From the NCBI GenBank assembly GCA_000002435.2, contig CM018793.1: a stretch of DNA of 64,000 nt. One strand, 5' to 3'. Below are positions 49,901 through 60,231 of this stretch, piece by piece. Every line of letters starts with the position of its first letter. The stretch's first letter is position 1. The DNA comes from Giardia intestinalis. Its lineage: Eukaryota. The notes under the pieces were generated by a model. The model did no database searches. It was not told the DNA's origin and saw nothing but the letters and a program-made list of their open reading frames with translations. A program made the position numbers and the translations under genes.

Positions 49901-52900
49901 AATAATGCAGAACTACGATCAGAAAAGCAGGTCTCGATAACCTCCTTCAATGGCTTATTGCCTGCTGTAGACCTACACGCAGAAATGCACCCCTCCGCAT
50001 AGGTTGCAGTCAGTGGTCTGAAAAGCTGCGCAGCAGACTCGGTTATTGTCTTAACTGAATTTGAAAGCATTGAAACAACGAGGGCAGTGGCTGCCACGTT
50101 AACTACAAGAACACCAATGAACTTCACAAAGTACTCGCGACAATCCGCTAACCAATTTTTATAAAACATATACTTCAATGGATTGGGACGTATGGGACGA
50201 ACAATCTTTTTGTGCATAGCAGCCGAGACTTGAGGTCCGCAAGTCTGTGAAGTGATTTCAGAAGGCTTATTGTCAACAAGTTTAACAAATACATCATCGA
50301 GACTAGCCTTGGAAAGCATATAATCGATTCCACAGTCTTTGCAAAATAACTCAATCCCTTGTGTAATAGGTATCACTAACGAGGAGTGGTCCAGAAAGAT
50401 GGATGGAATGGATATTTTGATAACATGTGGAAATACAGAGACTATCCTTATTTCGTCCAGACTCCCACTAGATGTAGAGTTCGGGGTAATATTGATAAGT
50501 GTCCTTCGCAGAAGGTCCACTGCCTTGTTTGCAGTAAACTCTGGTAATTCTGATAACAAGCTCAGGTCACCAAAGATGAGAGACAGCGTGTAGTCGCCGT
50601 GGCGGCGGCATAGTTCTAAGGGAGTGGATGCATGTATCGTTTTGCCATCTCGGAAGATGAGCACGTTGGTGGAGAGCTCTGCGACTTCGCCAGCATCATG
50701 AGTGGTAAGAATAGCCGACGCATCTCCCAGCTCGACTAAGTCCTTAACGAAGGCCCAGATCTGTCTCTTCAACAACGGATCAACCCCAGACGTGATTTCA
50801 TCAAAGAAGAAGATTGCAGGGTATCCAGCAGTAGCGTTGGCCAGTGCCAAGCGGCGCAGCATGCCGCCTGACAAGTCTTTCGCCAGCCTGGTCTGCACCG
50901 AAGAACTGGAAAGGTGGATCTTACGCAAGAGGAACTGGACATAATTATCCACGCTGCCATGCACTCCTAAGATTTTGCTGTCGTACGTTCCCAAGCTCTT
51001 GCTGCGGAAAATTGTGGAATAGTATACGTTTTCGTAAACAGACATTGCCATCCACACGTTAGTACGGTCTTGCGGACAGTACCCGATATTCGGCTTGAGG
51101 TAATAGGCATCATAAGGCGATCTTAGATCATAACGTTCCAGTACTTTAAATACTGGCTTCTGCATAGAATCCTCTAAGTCATCCGATGTGCTTTCAAACT
51201 TCAGTTCTCCGCTAAGGATATTCAAAAGCGTTGACTTTCCCCCTCCACTAGCTGCCACAAGGCCCAGAATTTCTTTTTTATGAAGTGTGAAGCTGAAATC
51301 ACGTAATGTGGTGTTCTGGCGCCTGCACGTCTTGTATGTCTTTCTCAAGCCACGTATTTCCAAAGTTGTTTTGCAGCTTTCTACTTCCAGTAAAAGTTTG
51401 CTTTGGTTGCGGCGGTGATCCTTTTGCACTGCCCAGAAGCGCTTTGAAACAAGAAAGTACCACGGTATTCCTCTCCAACTGAACTCTGGTTTGGAGTGCG
51501 TTAGCAAGAGAAGAAGAAGTGGAATAACCACCAGGCTTTGTAGCAGAGATACCAATACAAGCCACCACACCATGGGAAATTGAAAGACGCAATCACTGGA
51601 GCTTGTAGAGCTAATGCAAATACGTAAGGTTGAGTGGTAGTTATTCCAATCGCTTGTAATGAAGGAGATCGGAATTTTCGTGTAGTCAAGAGAGTTGAAT
51701 GAATAATTAAATCCACCTTCTGTCATCATTAAGAGCATATCAACTAGGGAAAAGCTACAAAACAGCGGAATCAAAACGATGAAGATCCATGTCACTTCCT
51801 TTGGGACTACAATGGGTTGCCAAAGACTAACCTTGGTATCAGAATGACTTAGAATTAAAAAGGGAATGATAACAAAGCACAGAACGCTGAATGCAGAAAG
51901 CACAAGGGACAGTGCAGGTGAATAAAAAAGGTATGCAAGCAAAAGCGCAAAGCCAGTGTTACCTAAGGCAAAAATAATTGCAAAGACAATAACAACAGGA
52001 TATTCAAACTCAGCAAATGGGTATGCCTTGATAAGGAAGTTGAGAGAGCAAAATACAATCATGGATATGAGGTTCAAAACGAGCAGACAGAGGGCGTTAG
52101 TGCATAGTAGGTGTATTTCTTTGACTCCTAAGCGCCGCAGACTGGTGTGGGTTCTACCACGGAAGGTACCCGCAACCACAGTCGATAAAATTAAATTCAG
52201 TCCCAGCGCAATACCCATGAAGCAGTATGTTCTGTTAATGAGATAGACAGTCGTATCTGACCGTTTTACATACATAGCAAGGTCGTATGTGTAGTCCATT
52301 CCGCGATAGTACTTTAGAATTGCTCCATCGACGAGTCTGTTGACAGTATAGCTGAGCGTAGTCCAGAAATTTGGATTCCAAAGGTCTCCTATAGAAAATG
52401 TTATATTATCCTTAGTTTGATAGACATATCGTGAAAGCATAGTTTGATTGTAATAGAGCACGTAACTAATAGAGCTGGGGATTGACTTCCCTGTTGGTGT
52501 AGAAATTGTTTGCTGGGATATAGAAAAGTCAAGTGCCAGGAAGATGTTGTGATAGGTATTAAGCGCATAGTCATATGCTGGTCGATAGTCATCGTAATTA
52601 ATTCCATAGATTGTAGAGATCATCTGCTGCGCACTTGGAATATCTAGTATATGAGTATTCGGGTCTATTTCATCATAGAGCGTCTTATTGCCATACTGTA
52701 AGTGTTCGCGCATAATAGTTTGCACATTGATGGAACTGATAAACTTGGCAGGATCTGGCCCCAGACCCAAGAGGGACATGTTTTTGATCATCTGATCACT
52801 AGAGTCAAAGCCCACAGTCCTGGTATTTGAAGTGGATAGATTAGAATTGTTGATGATTAGCTTTACCAGCTCCTGGGTCTCTTGAGTATTGGGAGAGTAT

Positions 52901-53124
52901 GCTAAATAGATAGTATTCTCTGTACAATAAAAACTCTGGTCACATGCCGGTAAAGAAGGCAGCTTCATAGCGGCTGGCATCCGGAGAGGAAATGGGAGAT
53001 TAGTGATGATTTCAAAGATCCCAAAGAGTGCCAAGAACACTAAAGTTGGAGACAGGACCAGTGCTGAAACGAGAAGTGCCCTCCTCCTGTATAGAAGCAA
53101 GGTAAATTCTAGGAGGGAAGGCAT
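46909..53124 (-). CDS. Full-size ABC transporter, ABCA-subfamily architecture (TMD-ECD-NBD x2), 2071 aa
   Basis: NBD1: Walker A 'GLVAASGGGKSTLLNILSG', signature 'LSGGMLRRLALA', Walker B 'IFFFDEITSGVD'. NBD2: Walker A 'LLGGNGAGKSTLMHALTG', signature 'LSGGMQRRLTLAMV', Walker B 'LVCLDEITTGLS', H-loop 'LTTHDMQE'. A large loop after the first TM and multiple TM clusters are present. Confidence 0.9.
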   Translation of the reverse strand: MPSLLEFTLLLYRRRALLVSALVLSPTLVFLALFGIFEIITNLPFPLRMPAAMKLPSLPACDQSFYCTENTIYLAYSPNTQETQELVKLIINNSNLSTSNTRTVGFDSSDQMIKNMSLLGLGPDPAKFISSINVQTIMREHLQYGNKTLYDEIDPNTHILDIPSAQQMISTIYGINYDDYRPAYDYALNTYHNIFLALDFSISQQTISTPTGKSIPSSISYVLYYNQTMLSRYVYQTKDNITFSIGDLWNPNFWTTLSYTVNRLVDGAILKYYRGMDYTYDLAMYVKRSDTTVYLINRTYCFMGIALGLNLILSTVVAGTFRGRTHTSLRRLGVKEIHLLCTNALCLLVLNLISMIVFCSLNFLIKAYPFAEFEYPVVIVFAIIFALGNTGFALLLAYLFYSPALSLVLSAFSVLCFVIIPFLILSHSDTKVSLWQPIVVPKEVTWIFIVLIPLFCSFSLVDMLLMMTEGGFNYSFNSLDYTKIPISFITSDWNNYHSTLRICISSTSSSDCVFQFPMVWWLVLVSLLQSLVVIPLLLLLLTHSKPEFSWRGIPWYFLVSKRFWAVQKDHRRNQSKLLLEVESCKTTLEIRGLRKTYKTCRRQNTTLRDFSFTLHKKEILGLVAASGGGKSTLLNILSGELKFESTSDDLEDSMQKPVFKVLERYDLRSPYDAYYLKPNIGYCPQDRTNVWMAMSVYENVYYSTIFRSKSLGTYDSKILGVHGSVDNYVQFLLRKIHLSSSSVQTRLAKDLSGGMLRRLALANATAGYPAIFFFDEITSGVDPLLKRQIWAFVKDLVELGDASAILTTHDAGEVAELSTNVLIFRDGKTIHASTPLELCRRHGDYTLSLIFGDLSLLSELPEFTANKAVDLLRRTLINITPNSTSSGSLDEIRIVSVFPHVIKISIPSIFLDHSSLVIPITQGIELFCKDCGIDYMLSKASLDDVFVKLVDNKPSEITSQTCGPQVSAAMHKKIVRPIRPNPLKYMFYKNWLADCREYFVKFIGVLVVNVAATALVVSMLSNSVKTITESAAQLFRPLTATYAEGCISACRSTAGNKPLKEVIETCFSDRSSALFAPFYQYMGSLPVCQSYAKFLGLDIANTSYYVLGDGAYIQPQQGLDSSIADWAYLGVITEEAPPTWLGKMVGSAGYPHLGGVELRSLKTDTGPGDDFTLLLSKMKLPQEWIIPLSTYDTITPFYGLNSVMEFRTPATDEDNVFSYYFPKTILSVARYECLIPSGSEYKVLASGDCPSDTQAKSCIYRDEGIVYFSTVRSMMREFYDGQAKTVNYADQTEALNVSKRISIVRDAFMRMPTAVIAIHSSSAPNALSFTLYGPLPPMGTQNRGFSNTYINLRFNNTNHRANMPAFPYFGGVGALGYNMLQNPLRIDPSLAVPMLDQVVRFVGSIFRRDIMKAELGRGTSYDQALTVAYSFTYTAKVQVMPYFSNPRFAFPSDHIMLLRQMELLTSYVMPFVFLVPMIIVGIRVAREIEDRLLRVFLLHNISKHLFLGSHILYYTLWSFVASFLCILILSVSIPAFLWSNPPTTILCLLFLYLLASFNCTTYSILIALLVKQVRLAILLISIVVFINIIYCSIIKMNEPISLALSLVLPSLGVFWELTYTVSFGFINVGPIITCVAIFLVHLGFCFVAIYFIDGCATCTACKSSSTVHKQDVQDPRIYTSFTTLPDTFASVSTMHTSTFLERSADDFALTRTPMQSVFSTLSTYSLNESTAKRAHLDIKNVFHKYPSGNVAIKDISFSIADGEVFALLGGNGAGKSTLMHALTGLHVPTRGTAMCIRNDKDSHKVNLFNPTTRHGELLTIIPQDDLLYPEFTVLDHMIIMAGITSKNLRPNIKSIHVVLQTVELYDHMHKRARELSGGMQRRLTLAMVIVSSPSLVCLDEITTGLSSRMKTDIWKAIIASRGVCRTMMLTTHDMQEVEALADRCCIMKSGEIVALGTMAEICSRSKVKFSVTVALQPSSSAIEPVHSLLTGIELASLASCYTEKIYATPSGACLIGHTLSESTGCVTYMFGANSLLADVLLDLDRIEILSSHYWTIESCRFEQAFMDLIEE

Positions 53125-55036
53125 AGCCTGTAAAAATTAAATCGACAGGTGCTCAACCCTACAAACCAGGGTTTTATCCACAATTATAGTTGTTTCTCAA
53201 TTGGTGGAGGTACTAGGTCTGAGCCAAACTTGCGGCTCATACTTAGCACCCAAACTAAAAACGGAAGCCAATCTATAGGTATCGTAGCTAAATAACTTTC
53301 TTCACACAAGGATCATAAGCACACCGCTATTCGGTAGTTTATATAGACCTCGAAGCCCTGTGACTATTTGTAAAGTGAGACTCTATTCTATTACTCTATT
53401 TCATTTTTAGATATCATTTTGGGCTTCAGAATGCGGGACGATGACATAGAATTAGAGTTACGTGGTAAAGTTACAGACATATGAATTACGAGTGTCGCCA
53501 GGCCTCACGACCAGGCTGGTCTGACGAGCTTGCACAGAACAGGAGCCGGGACTCCTCTGTGTCTGCCTAGACCGCACTAGCCGGCGGAGAACCCAGTAAG
53601 GGGCAGATGCATTGAGGCCCCAGTGTTTGAGCCGTAAGGGACTAGGGCATCCAAAGGAGCTGCAGAGCACGCTTACCCCAGCGAGTCCTTGTCGTAGCTC
53701 TTCTCGTGTCCGATGCTCCCGCCCATAATTAGGTAGCGGATGTGTGGAACAGTGACCAGTCCAGCAGGACGTGACTGGCGGACGACCCCGCCTCATCGAC
53801 AACTGTGCACACTGGTGAGTCTCAAAGACAGACAGGGGCCATCCAGTTCGTAACGATCATCGGTAGGTGTCCTTTACGGCAGAGGAGAATGCGACCAACA
53901 GGCCACAGAGCTGCTTGCACAAAGTCCTTCCACCACTGACGCAGACCGACCCCTCGCAAGATCCTTAGCGGAGTTGCATCCGAGATGTGTGCCTGCGTTG
54001 CTGTCCAGGTGCATGTGCCGGCCTCGGTGCTTCCCACAAGCTTGCGAGCATCGAGCTGGCCTCTACCGAACCGTATCAGAAGTTAACGTCAAGACGTGGC
54101 CCCCTCAGTTAGCTTCTGCAGGCTCCCAGAGCTACGCACCAAGAGGCCGTTCTTCTTTGGTTGTGCAGCGTGGGGAGATACATCGAACTACCACACCCTC
54201 TCTGTGTGGCGTGGTTTACGACGGGGGACGGGATCCCTGTGCTCATGTCTATCTGCCCAGGGCCAGCCACAGCCCGGGTTGACGATGACAAGCGAACATC
54301 GCCCAGCTCCTTGTTAGCAGGTGGGAGATCTCGCCACCCTAGTACCCACAACAAAGGGTGCTGATCACTGGCAGAGAGACACGACACTCAGGCTCCCGCT
54401 CCTTCCACTGATGGTAGCCCACTATGAGGAGCCCTTTGCCGCCTGCACCAACAACCTCAGGCACCATGGGTCCGAATGCTTCTACGGTGGACAGCGGTAG
54501 CACTATGATGATCTGGGGTGACAGGAGTCCTGGCTCACTGGCTCAGGAGACAGCACGCTTTGGGCAATGCTTCCCTCCTGTCCAGATCTTGGAGGGCTGG
54601 CTGCCTTCCGGGCCCCATCTGGCACCTTGTTATGCGGTGGGAACTTTAGTAGCATTTAGTACACAAGATCAGAGCTATGCACACACCAGGCGAGAGCGTC
54701 TCATGGGCTTACCTCTGTTGGTCCACACTTCTACGGACCCGGTATCTCCCCAGGGACTGCAAGGATCCGCTTTCAGGTGCTATCCGCCAGGCAACCGGGC
54801 TGGCAAGGGTCGTCTGGGGGACGCCACAGGGACAGAGAGAGCACTGGCAGACGGAGGTCCGCAAGGGGTCGCCTCGCGCAGGGAAGGCACAAGGCCCAGC
54901 TCTCCGAGGATGTAGGGACACCGGAAGAGAGGTTGGCAGAGAGGCTGCAGGCATGTGGGTGGTCCCGTGCATATTCGTGGACTTTCTGTTTCCCTGCGCA
55001 GTGGGCTGAGTATCATAGGCTACACGTAGTGGATGC

Positions 55037-55056
55037 GTTTACTACCTAAGTATCTA
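55037..55056 (-). promoter_or_regulatory. VSP stop codon plus conserved extended polyadenylation signal (TAGATACTTAGGTAGTAAAC)
   Basis: Reverse complement of 55037..55056. The block 'gatgcgtttactacctaagt' is shared with the 3' end of the first VSP (6704..6724). Confidence 0.7.
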
Positions 55057-56805
55057 TGCCTTTCCGCGGCACAGGAACCACCAACACAAGAAGCCCACAA
55101 GACCACCAACAACAACAATCACAGCAACAGAGATGCCCGCGATCGCGCCGGTAGAAAGGCCACTCTTGTTGACGCTTCCGCCGTTGTCAGTGCCATCCAT
55201 CTTCACATAGCAGGTGACAGAACCGCTATCACCAGATGGTGGAGCACAACTCACGCAATTGGTCACGCCAGTAATTTGGCTGTCACTAGCATCACACTTC
55301 ACACACTTTGTTCCAGACTTATAGTACCCAGAGAAGCAAGTTTGACACTGCTGTGTCTGTCCTGCTGCGCACGTCTTGCAGGTGGAGTCGCACAGCGGGC
55401 ACACTCCGGTCCCGCTGTTTGGGTTTTGTCCATTCGCACATGTTTGGCATTTCCCTCCACTGTCAGTCGTGCAGATGCTTTTCCCGGGGAGCCTCGTCGT
55501 CTGGTAGCACCCGCCCTCCTGGATGAAGTATCCGGCGGCGCAGGCCGTGCAGGCACCGTCAGCGGCAGTGGTGCAGAACCGAGTCCTGGCCGCATTGCTC
55601 GTGCAGACGCCATTGAGCGGCACGTTGCTCCCCTTGCACTTCGAGCAGTACTTGGTACCTCCAATTGTTAGGCCGCACGTCTCGCACTCTGGACCCTCCA
55701 CGCATTGCTCCACGCACGTGCCGTCTGTAGGATTGCTCTCGTCGGCGTACCTCAGCATCTTCCCGGCGGGACAGGCCGTGCACTTGGAAGCGCCGGCCCC
55801 GCTGCACTCCGCACAGGAGGGGTCGCAGGGCCCGCACGTTTGCCCAACCGCGTACGACCCGGCCGGACAAGACGCCAAGCAAGCGTTCTTCTCTGGAGTG
55901 AGGAAGTAGTTACCTTGGCACTTTGTGCACGTCTGCTTGTCATCCGAGCACACCTCGCAGTTGGGGAGATTGCAATCAGGGGCGGGGACTCCGTCGCATG
56001 TGTTAGTCTCAGAGTTTGGTGTTCCCTGAGGGCACGCGGTGTAGCATCCTCCGCTGTAGAGGTAGGTGCTCCCCTGGCACGCCTTGCAGGTCCCGTCGGG
56101 GGCGTCCTGCGGCGTGCACTTGTCCTGCCCGTCCTTCGCCTGGCACGCCCCCTCGACCGGGACGTGGGTGGCCTGGCACTTCACACAGCGGGTGCCTGCG
56201 TCCTTCTTCTCACACTTTACGCAGGAGGCTTCACAGGGTTGGCAGACCCCGGCATCTGCATAGGTCCCGTCGGGGCACGCGGCGTAGCATCCTCCGCTGT
56301 AGAGGTAGGTGCTCCCCTGGCACGCCTTGCAGGTCCCGTCGGGGGCGTCCTGCGGCGTGCACTTGTCCTGCCCGTCCTTCGCCTGGCACGCCCCCTCGAC
56401 CGGGACGTGGGTGGCCTGGCACTTCACACAGCGGGTGCCTGCGTCCTTCTTCTCACACTTTACGCAGGAGGCTTCACAGGGTTGGCAGACCCCGGCATCT
56501 GCATAGGTCCCGTCGGGGCACGCGGCGTAGCATCCTCCGCTGTAGAGGTAGGTGCTCCCCTGGCACGCCTTGCAGGTCCCGTCGGGGGCGTCCTGCGGCG
56601 TGCACTTGTCCTGCCCGTCCTTCGCCTGGCACGCCCCCTCGACCGGGACGTGGGTGGCCTCGCATTTTGTGCAAACCTCTTTTTGCTGGCCATTTATATT
56701 GACATCTAGACAGTTATTTCCAGATGCACAATTTTGAGAGTTGGTGCACGATTTTGGATCTGCAAGCGCCAAGTAAGCGAATGCTAAACCTGCCAAGTAC
56801 AACAT
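55054..56805 (-). CDS. Variant-specific surface protein (VSP), ~583 aa, with internal 81-aa tandem repeats
   Basis: CXXC-rich. C-terminus 'GGLVGFLCWWFLCRGKA' + TAG + 'ATACTTAGGTAGTAAAC'. The track ORF starts at a GTG (56826); the first ATG at 56803-56805 gives the signal peptide 'MLYLAGLAFAYLALADP'. Confidence 0.88.
   Translation of the reverse strand: MLYLAGLAFAYLALADPKSCTNSQNCASGNNCLDVNINGQQKEVCTKCEATHVPVEGACQAKDGQDKCTPQDAPDGTCKACQGSTYLYSGGCYAACPDGTYADAGVCQPCEASCVKCEKKDAGTRCVKCQATHVPVEGACQAKDGQDKCTPQDAPDGTCKACQGSTYLYSGGCYAACPDGTYADAGVCQPCEASCVKCEKKDAGTRCVKCQATHVPVEGACQAKDGQDKCTPQDAPDGTCKACQGSTYLYSGGCYTACPQGTPNSETNTCDGVPAPDCNLPNCEVCSDDKQTCTKCQGNYFLTPEKNACLASCPAGSYAVGQTCGPCDPSCAECSGAGASKCTACPAGKMLRYADESNPTDGTCVEQCVEGPECETCGLTIGGTKYCSKCKGSNVPLNGVCTSNAARTRFCTTAADGACTACAAGYFIQEGGCYQTTRLPGKSICTTDSGGKCQTCANGQNPNSGTGVCPLCDSTCKTCAAGQTQQCQTCFSGYYKSGTKCVKCDASDSQITGVTNCVSCAPPSGDSGSVTCYVKMDGTDNGGSVNKSGLSTGAIAGISVAVIVVVGGLVGFLCWWFLCRGKA
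56030..56670 (-). repeat. 243-bp tandem repeat (~2.6 DNA copies, 3 protein copies) inside the VSP coding sequence
   Basis: Identical antisense ORFs at 56066..56263 and 56309..56506 (offset 243 nt), with a diverging third copy at 56552..56737. The protein repeat is 'C.KC.ATHVPVEGACQAKDGQDKCTPQDAPDGTCKACQGSTYLYSGGCYAACPDGTYADAGVCQPCEASCVKCEKKDAGTR'. Confidence 0.85.
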
Positions 56806-58777
56806 TGCCCGCCGAATCACGCTCACACTAAGGGGCGATCAGATAGCAGTGGAAGCCGCCTCCACCGGGCCGCATGCATCCTTCAGCGTATCGCTGTGAG
56901 CACGCCGCAGTGTAGAACAAGAAGGCATTGGTGCTTTTCTGCGGTACCCAAGGACTGACAGCTGACTGGTGCCCTACTCAAGAGCATCCTATCGAGGCCA
57001 TCTGTTGCAGGCGGGCGTGGCTTGTGTATCGTTAAAGCCGCCATAATGTCGTGCCCTACAAGCTTTGGAAAAGTGTATAGCCCGCATGTGCATCATCCGT
57101 CAATTTGCTCTGCTAGGAGGTAGACAGCACTCATAAAGCGGGCTCCACTACCAAGGACCCTCTTCGAGAAAGGCATAGACGAACTTGAGGAGGCCTTCCA
57201 AGATAGCCAGGTTCTGCACTAATAGGCAGCGATGACGTTGGCACAGGAGATGCAGAATGTGACATGGCCTCACGACATGGCACATGAACATTTTAACACT
57301 GCCCACAAGGAAAGTCCATTGCGATAGTATGCATTGATATGTAAATGTTGTTGCTAGGCTCTTTGGTCGTGAGAAGATATTAGCCTCCTTTCTCAGTGAC
57401 GCGACTGTTCGATGCAGATCCTACACGAACAGCTTCTTCACTTTCGGGCGACACTCACTGAGTCCGCTTAGACGCTCTAACATCTCTGCCCGCCTGGGCA
57501 GGCGAAATACATGGATCCTTGGCCGTTCTAGGCAGGTGCCGCTGTGCCTCACCCCATTCGGCTGCTCGCTCCTCACGCCTTAGCATATTTGGCTGCAGCG
57601 CTGTAGGATCTGGGATACACCTTTGAGCGGCGCACAGCGTGCCGGGCACCTGGCCAAGCTTCACAAAAGACCCATGACAGCCAAAATGCGCAGCTCCGGA
57701 TCTATTCTCCTACGGACTCGGCGCACTCAGAGGGAAGGCTGCCGCAAGGTAGCTGGCCACGCCTCTTTATCTCCAGTGTCTTGTGGCTGATACATTGCTG
57801 CATCTTCTATCCAAGCAGCCAGCACGTGTCCGGAGTAACAAAGCATTCTATTGAGGAAACTTCTGTGTCAGGTAGCACCGCCATAGTAGCTTTTTTCATA
57901 TAGAAGAGCATCAAAGGTATCCCTGATAACCACAGACCCACATAGGCTTCAGCGTCATCATGGCCAGCAGCCAGTGCATCGTACCCTGTTTTTAACACGG
58001 CTAAACGTGTCAGAATGCTTACCGTACATCCATGAGCGGGTTGCATAGATAAAGTTCCTCTGACTTACGACTATAATTCTAAGTGGTGCACCGCGCTGCA
58101 AAGGTCGTCTGAGGACGGTGTGCCTCAAACGTCCTAACTCACTATACAGTTGCACCTAATCCCCCTGACCATTAAGTCGATAGGTCTGAACCGCTGGTCA
58201 CGTACTCCAAGATTAGGCGGCAGACGGCTTGAACTTCTATGACATCTCGCAGCTGGACTTACTGATTCAGACTTTCCATTCTGAGCTGGCGTGCTGCACT
58301 TAGTCCTGCACGCGTAAGATCCTCCGGTCACAAGTTCGCAGACAGTGAGAACCAGCCAAAAAGCCACGGGAAAAGAGAGTGAGGACTCAATGGTTCTAAT
58401 CCTTCCAAGGTACAACCGCTGAGTTACAGTTGTCTTGTAATAAAACCTGCATATACTCGCTGCACTGTATCAAATACTAGCGATCGTTGGATAACCACAA
58501 TTCTTCCACCCTTTGAGGTCTTAGTCCAGCTTATCTTTGTCCAATGTCCAGTGACCGGACGTGTTGTTCGACAGTGCTTTCTGGTCACGCTATTCACTTA
58601 ATAAGTTATTTCGTCGCGGAGAAACGTACTCAGTAACACAAAAAAGGTCATACAATGCGTACTGAAGTCAGGATCAATTGCATATATGCAAAGCTTATCT
58701 CTAAGCTCACATGATGATTGAAAAAAAGCTCACTAGCACTGGCACGGAAATAATATAGGAAAAGCAGCAAAGGCATA

Positions 58778-59542
58778 CTATAGGGTGAAGATTTTTGCTT
58801 TCGTGAAAAAATCATCGGCTTCACTTTGGCTTATGTCGTGCTGATATGAATCAAAGTTCTCGCCGTCATATGGCTCATCGAAATCACATCCGAGGCTCAG
58901 CTCGCTCATGTTTTCCTCACAGGACTCAGCTGGAGATGCTTTTATTATGAAGAGCAGAACAGTCGAGCGCTCTGCAGAGTAGAATATGAAGTTGTGACTC
59001 CACACTCCATCTGTGTCTTCAAATGGGTAGTAAGGCGAAGGATCTACCGTGTAGACAGAGGAAGCGTCGGCAGGTGCAATATCTGTTAGTGCGAGCCACA
59101 GCGACGGACGTATTGCGCTGTAGTCTGACAGAGTACTGATCAATGTGCTGTCAATTACTGTTTGACAGACGCTATAGGGAACCCAAAAGAACCGAGACGG
59201 CTGAATCAATGTGAAATCAAAGTGAGGATATGCCTGAGAAAGTGCCCGAATAACCTGTAAATATATCTGCCGCGTAGCTGGATTGTTAAGATTTTCTTCT
59301 GTAAATGCTGATGTAATCGAAGAGTTAAGAGATCCAAACGGCGATTGGGACTCTACGCTGCTTCCATAACTTCGTGCCATCTGTATTTGAAATTCTGCGT
59401 CTCTGTCTTGTTCAGAAGACGTAGCCTGAGACACTCGAAACCCATACAGCTCTATCCGTGTTGTGATAACAAGCCCATTACATGATAAGCGCGAGATGCT
59501 CTCCGACAGCACCTTAAGATCTGGTGCATCTATATACCGCAT
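58778..59542 (-). CDS. MAF1: Maf1 homolog (repressor of RNA polymerase III transcription), 254 aa
   Basis: Conserved Maf1 boxes: 'LVITTRIELYGFRV' (cf. 'HIIGRIESYSCKP'), 'SPFGSLN', 'PHFDFT' (cf. 'PDYDFS'), 'LWLALTD', and 'VYTVDPSPYYPFEDTDGVWSHNFIFYSAERSTVLLFIIKAS' (cf. '[41 protein letters not shown]'). Confidence 0.75.
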   Translation of the reverse strand: MRYIDAPDLKVLSESISRLSCNGLVITTRIELYGFRVSQATSSEQDRDAEFQIQMARSYGSSVESQSPFGSLNSSITSAFTEENLNNPATRQIYLQVIRALSQAYPHFDFTLIQPSRFFWVPYSVCQTVIDSTLISTLSDYSAIRPSLWLALTDIAPADASSVYTVDPSPYYPFEDTDGVWSHNFIFYSAERSTVLLFIIKASPAESCEENMSELSLGCDFDEPYDGENFDSYQHDISQSEADDFFTKAKIFTL

Positions 59543-59604
59543 TAGTCGATGCTGCAGGATGCTTGTAGTTTTTTGAGGGTTGCTAATTTTAATCCTAAAC
59601 CCTA
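59543..59604. promoter_or_regulatory. 62-bp divergent intergenic region between Maf1 (-) and Mob1 (+), putative bidirectional promoter
   Basis: Head-to-head ATGs at 59542 and 59605; contains 'ttgctaattttaatcctaaaccctaATG'. Confidence 0.4.
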
Positions 59605-60231
59605 ATGGAGCAAGAGCAGCGCCTTCTCGAGGTCTGCAGAACCCTAGATGTTAATTTTAACCGTCTCATAGAGCTGCCTAGAGGCGAGCAGGAATTTGAG
59701 TGGATTGCCTATCACATGTCATTATTCTTTAAGCACACCAAGCGGCTGTCTGCCATTACCTCATCCTTCTGTACATCCAATACATGCCCATCCATGTCTA
59801 TTTCTGAAACTCAAGACGTGATTGTATGTGTCGTTGAGACAGACGAGGGAAATTGCGATGATCTAGATAGCAGTGACATGGCTTCACCTGCCCACAAAAA
59901 TGGGCGCAGCATGTCTGCCCTTGAATACACAAACTCCGTACTATCATGGTACATCAACAAGCTGAGAGACCCGGAGCTTTTTCCCGTCGATTCTGCAAAC
60001 CAGTACCCCGAAGATTTCAAGAATAGATGTCGCCACATGCTACGCCGCCTTCTACACATTTACTTCCATGTGTACTTCAACCACTTTGGGATAGTTTTCA
60101 GGCATTTCCTCTTGTACTATAACACTTCCTTTCGCTATATGGTGGAATTTGGAGTACGCTATGACATCTTACGTGATGCAGACCTGCTTCCTATGGCCGC
60201 GGCTATTAACCACTGGAAATCTATGGCCTGA
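59605..60231 (+). CDS. MOB1: Mob1/phocein-family kinase activator, 208 aa
   Basis: 'EWIAYHMSLFFKHTKRLSAITSSFCTSNTCPSMS' (cf. '[34 protein letters not shown]'). 'YPEDFKNRCRHMLRRLLHIYFHVYFNHF' (cf. 'FPKNFMSVAKTILKRLFRVYAHIYHQHF'). 'YNTSFRYMVEFGVRYDILRDADLLPM' (cf. 'LNTSFKHFIFFVQEFNLIDRRELAPL'). Confidence 0.85.
   Translation: MEQEQRLLEVCRTLDVNFNRLIELPRGEQEFEWIAYHMSLFFKHTKRLSAITSSFCTSNTCPSMSISETQDVIVCVVETDEGNCDDLDSSDMASPAHKNGRSMSALEYTNSVLSWYINKLRDPELFPVDSANQYPEDFKNRCRHMLRRLLHIYFHVYFNHFGIVFRHFLLYYNTSFRYMVEFGVRYDILRDADLLPMAAAINHWKSMA

Noticed and set aside
55299-56737. Plus-strand ORFs (e.g. 55705..56709 334 aa, 56016..56702 228 aa 'RRGRPAACTCPARPSPGTPP...') and repeated 65-aa ORFs across the second VSP
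   Set aside because: They are antisense or out-of-frame readings of the 243-bp VSP repeats. The minus-strand frame ending in CRGKA is the real gene.
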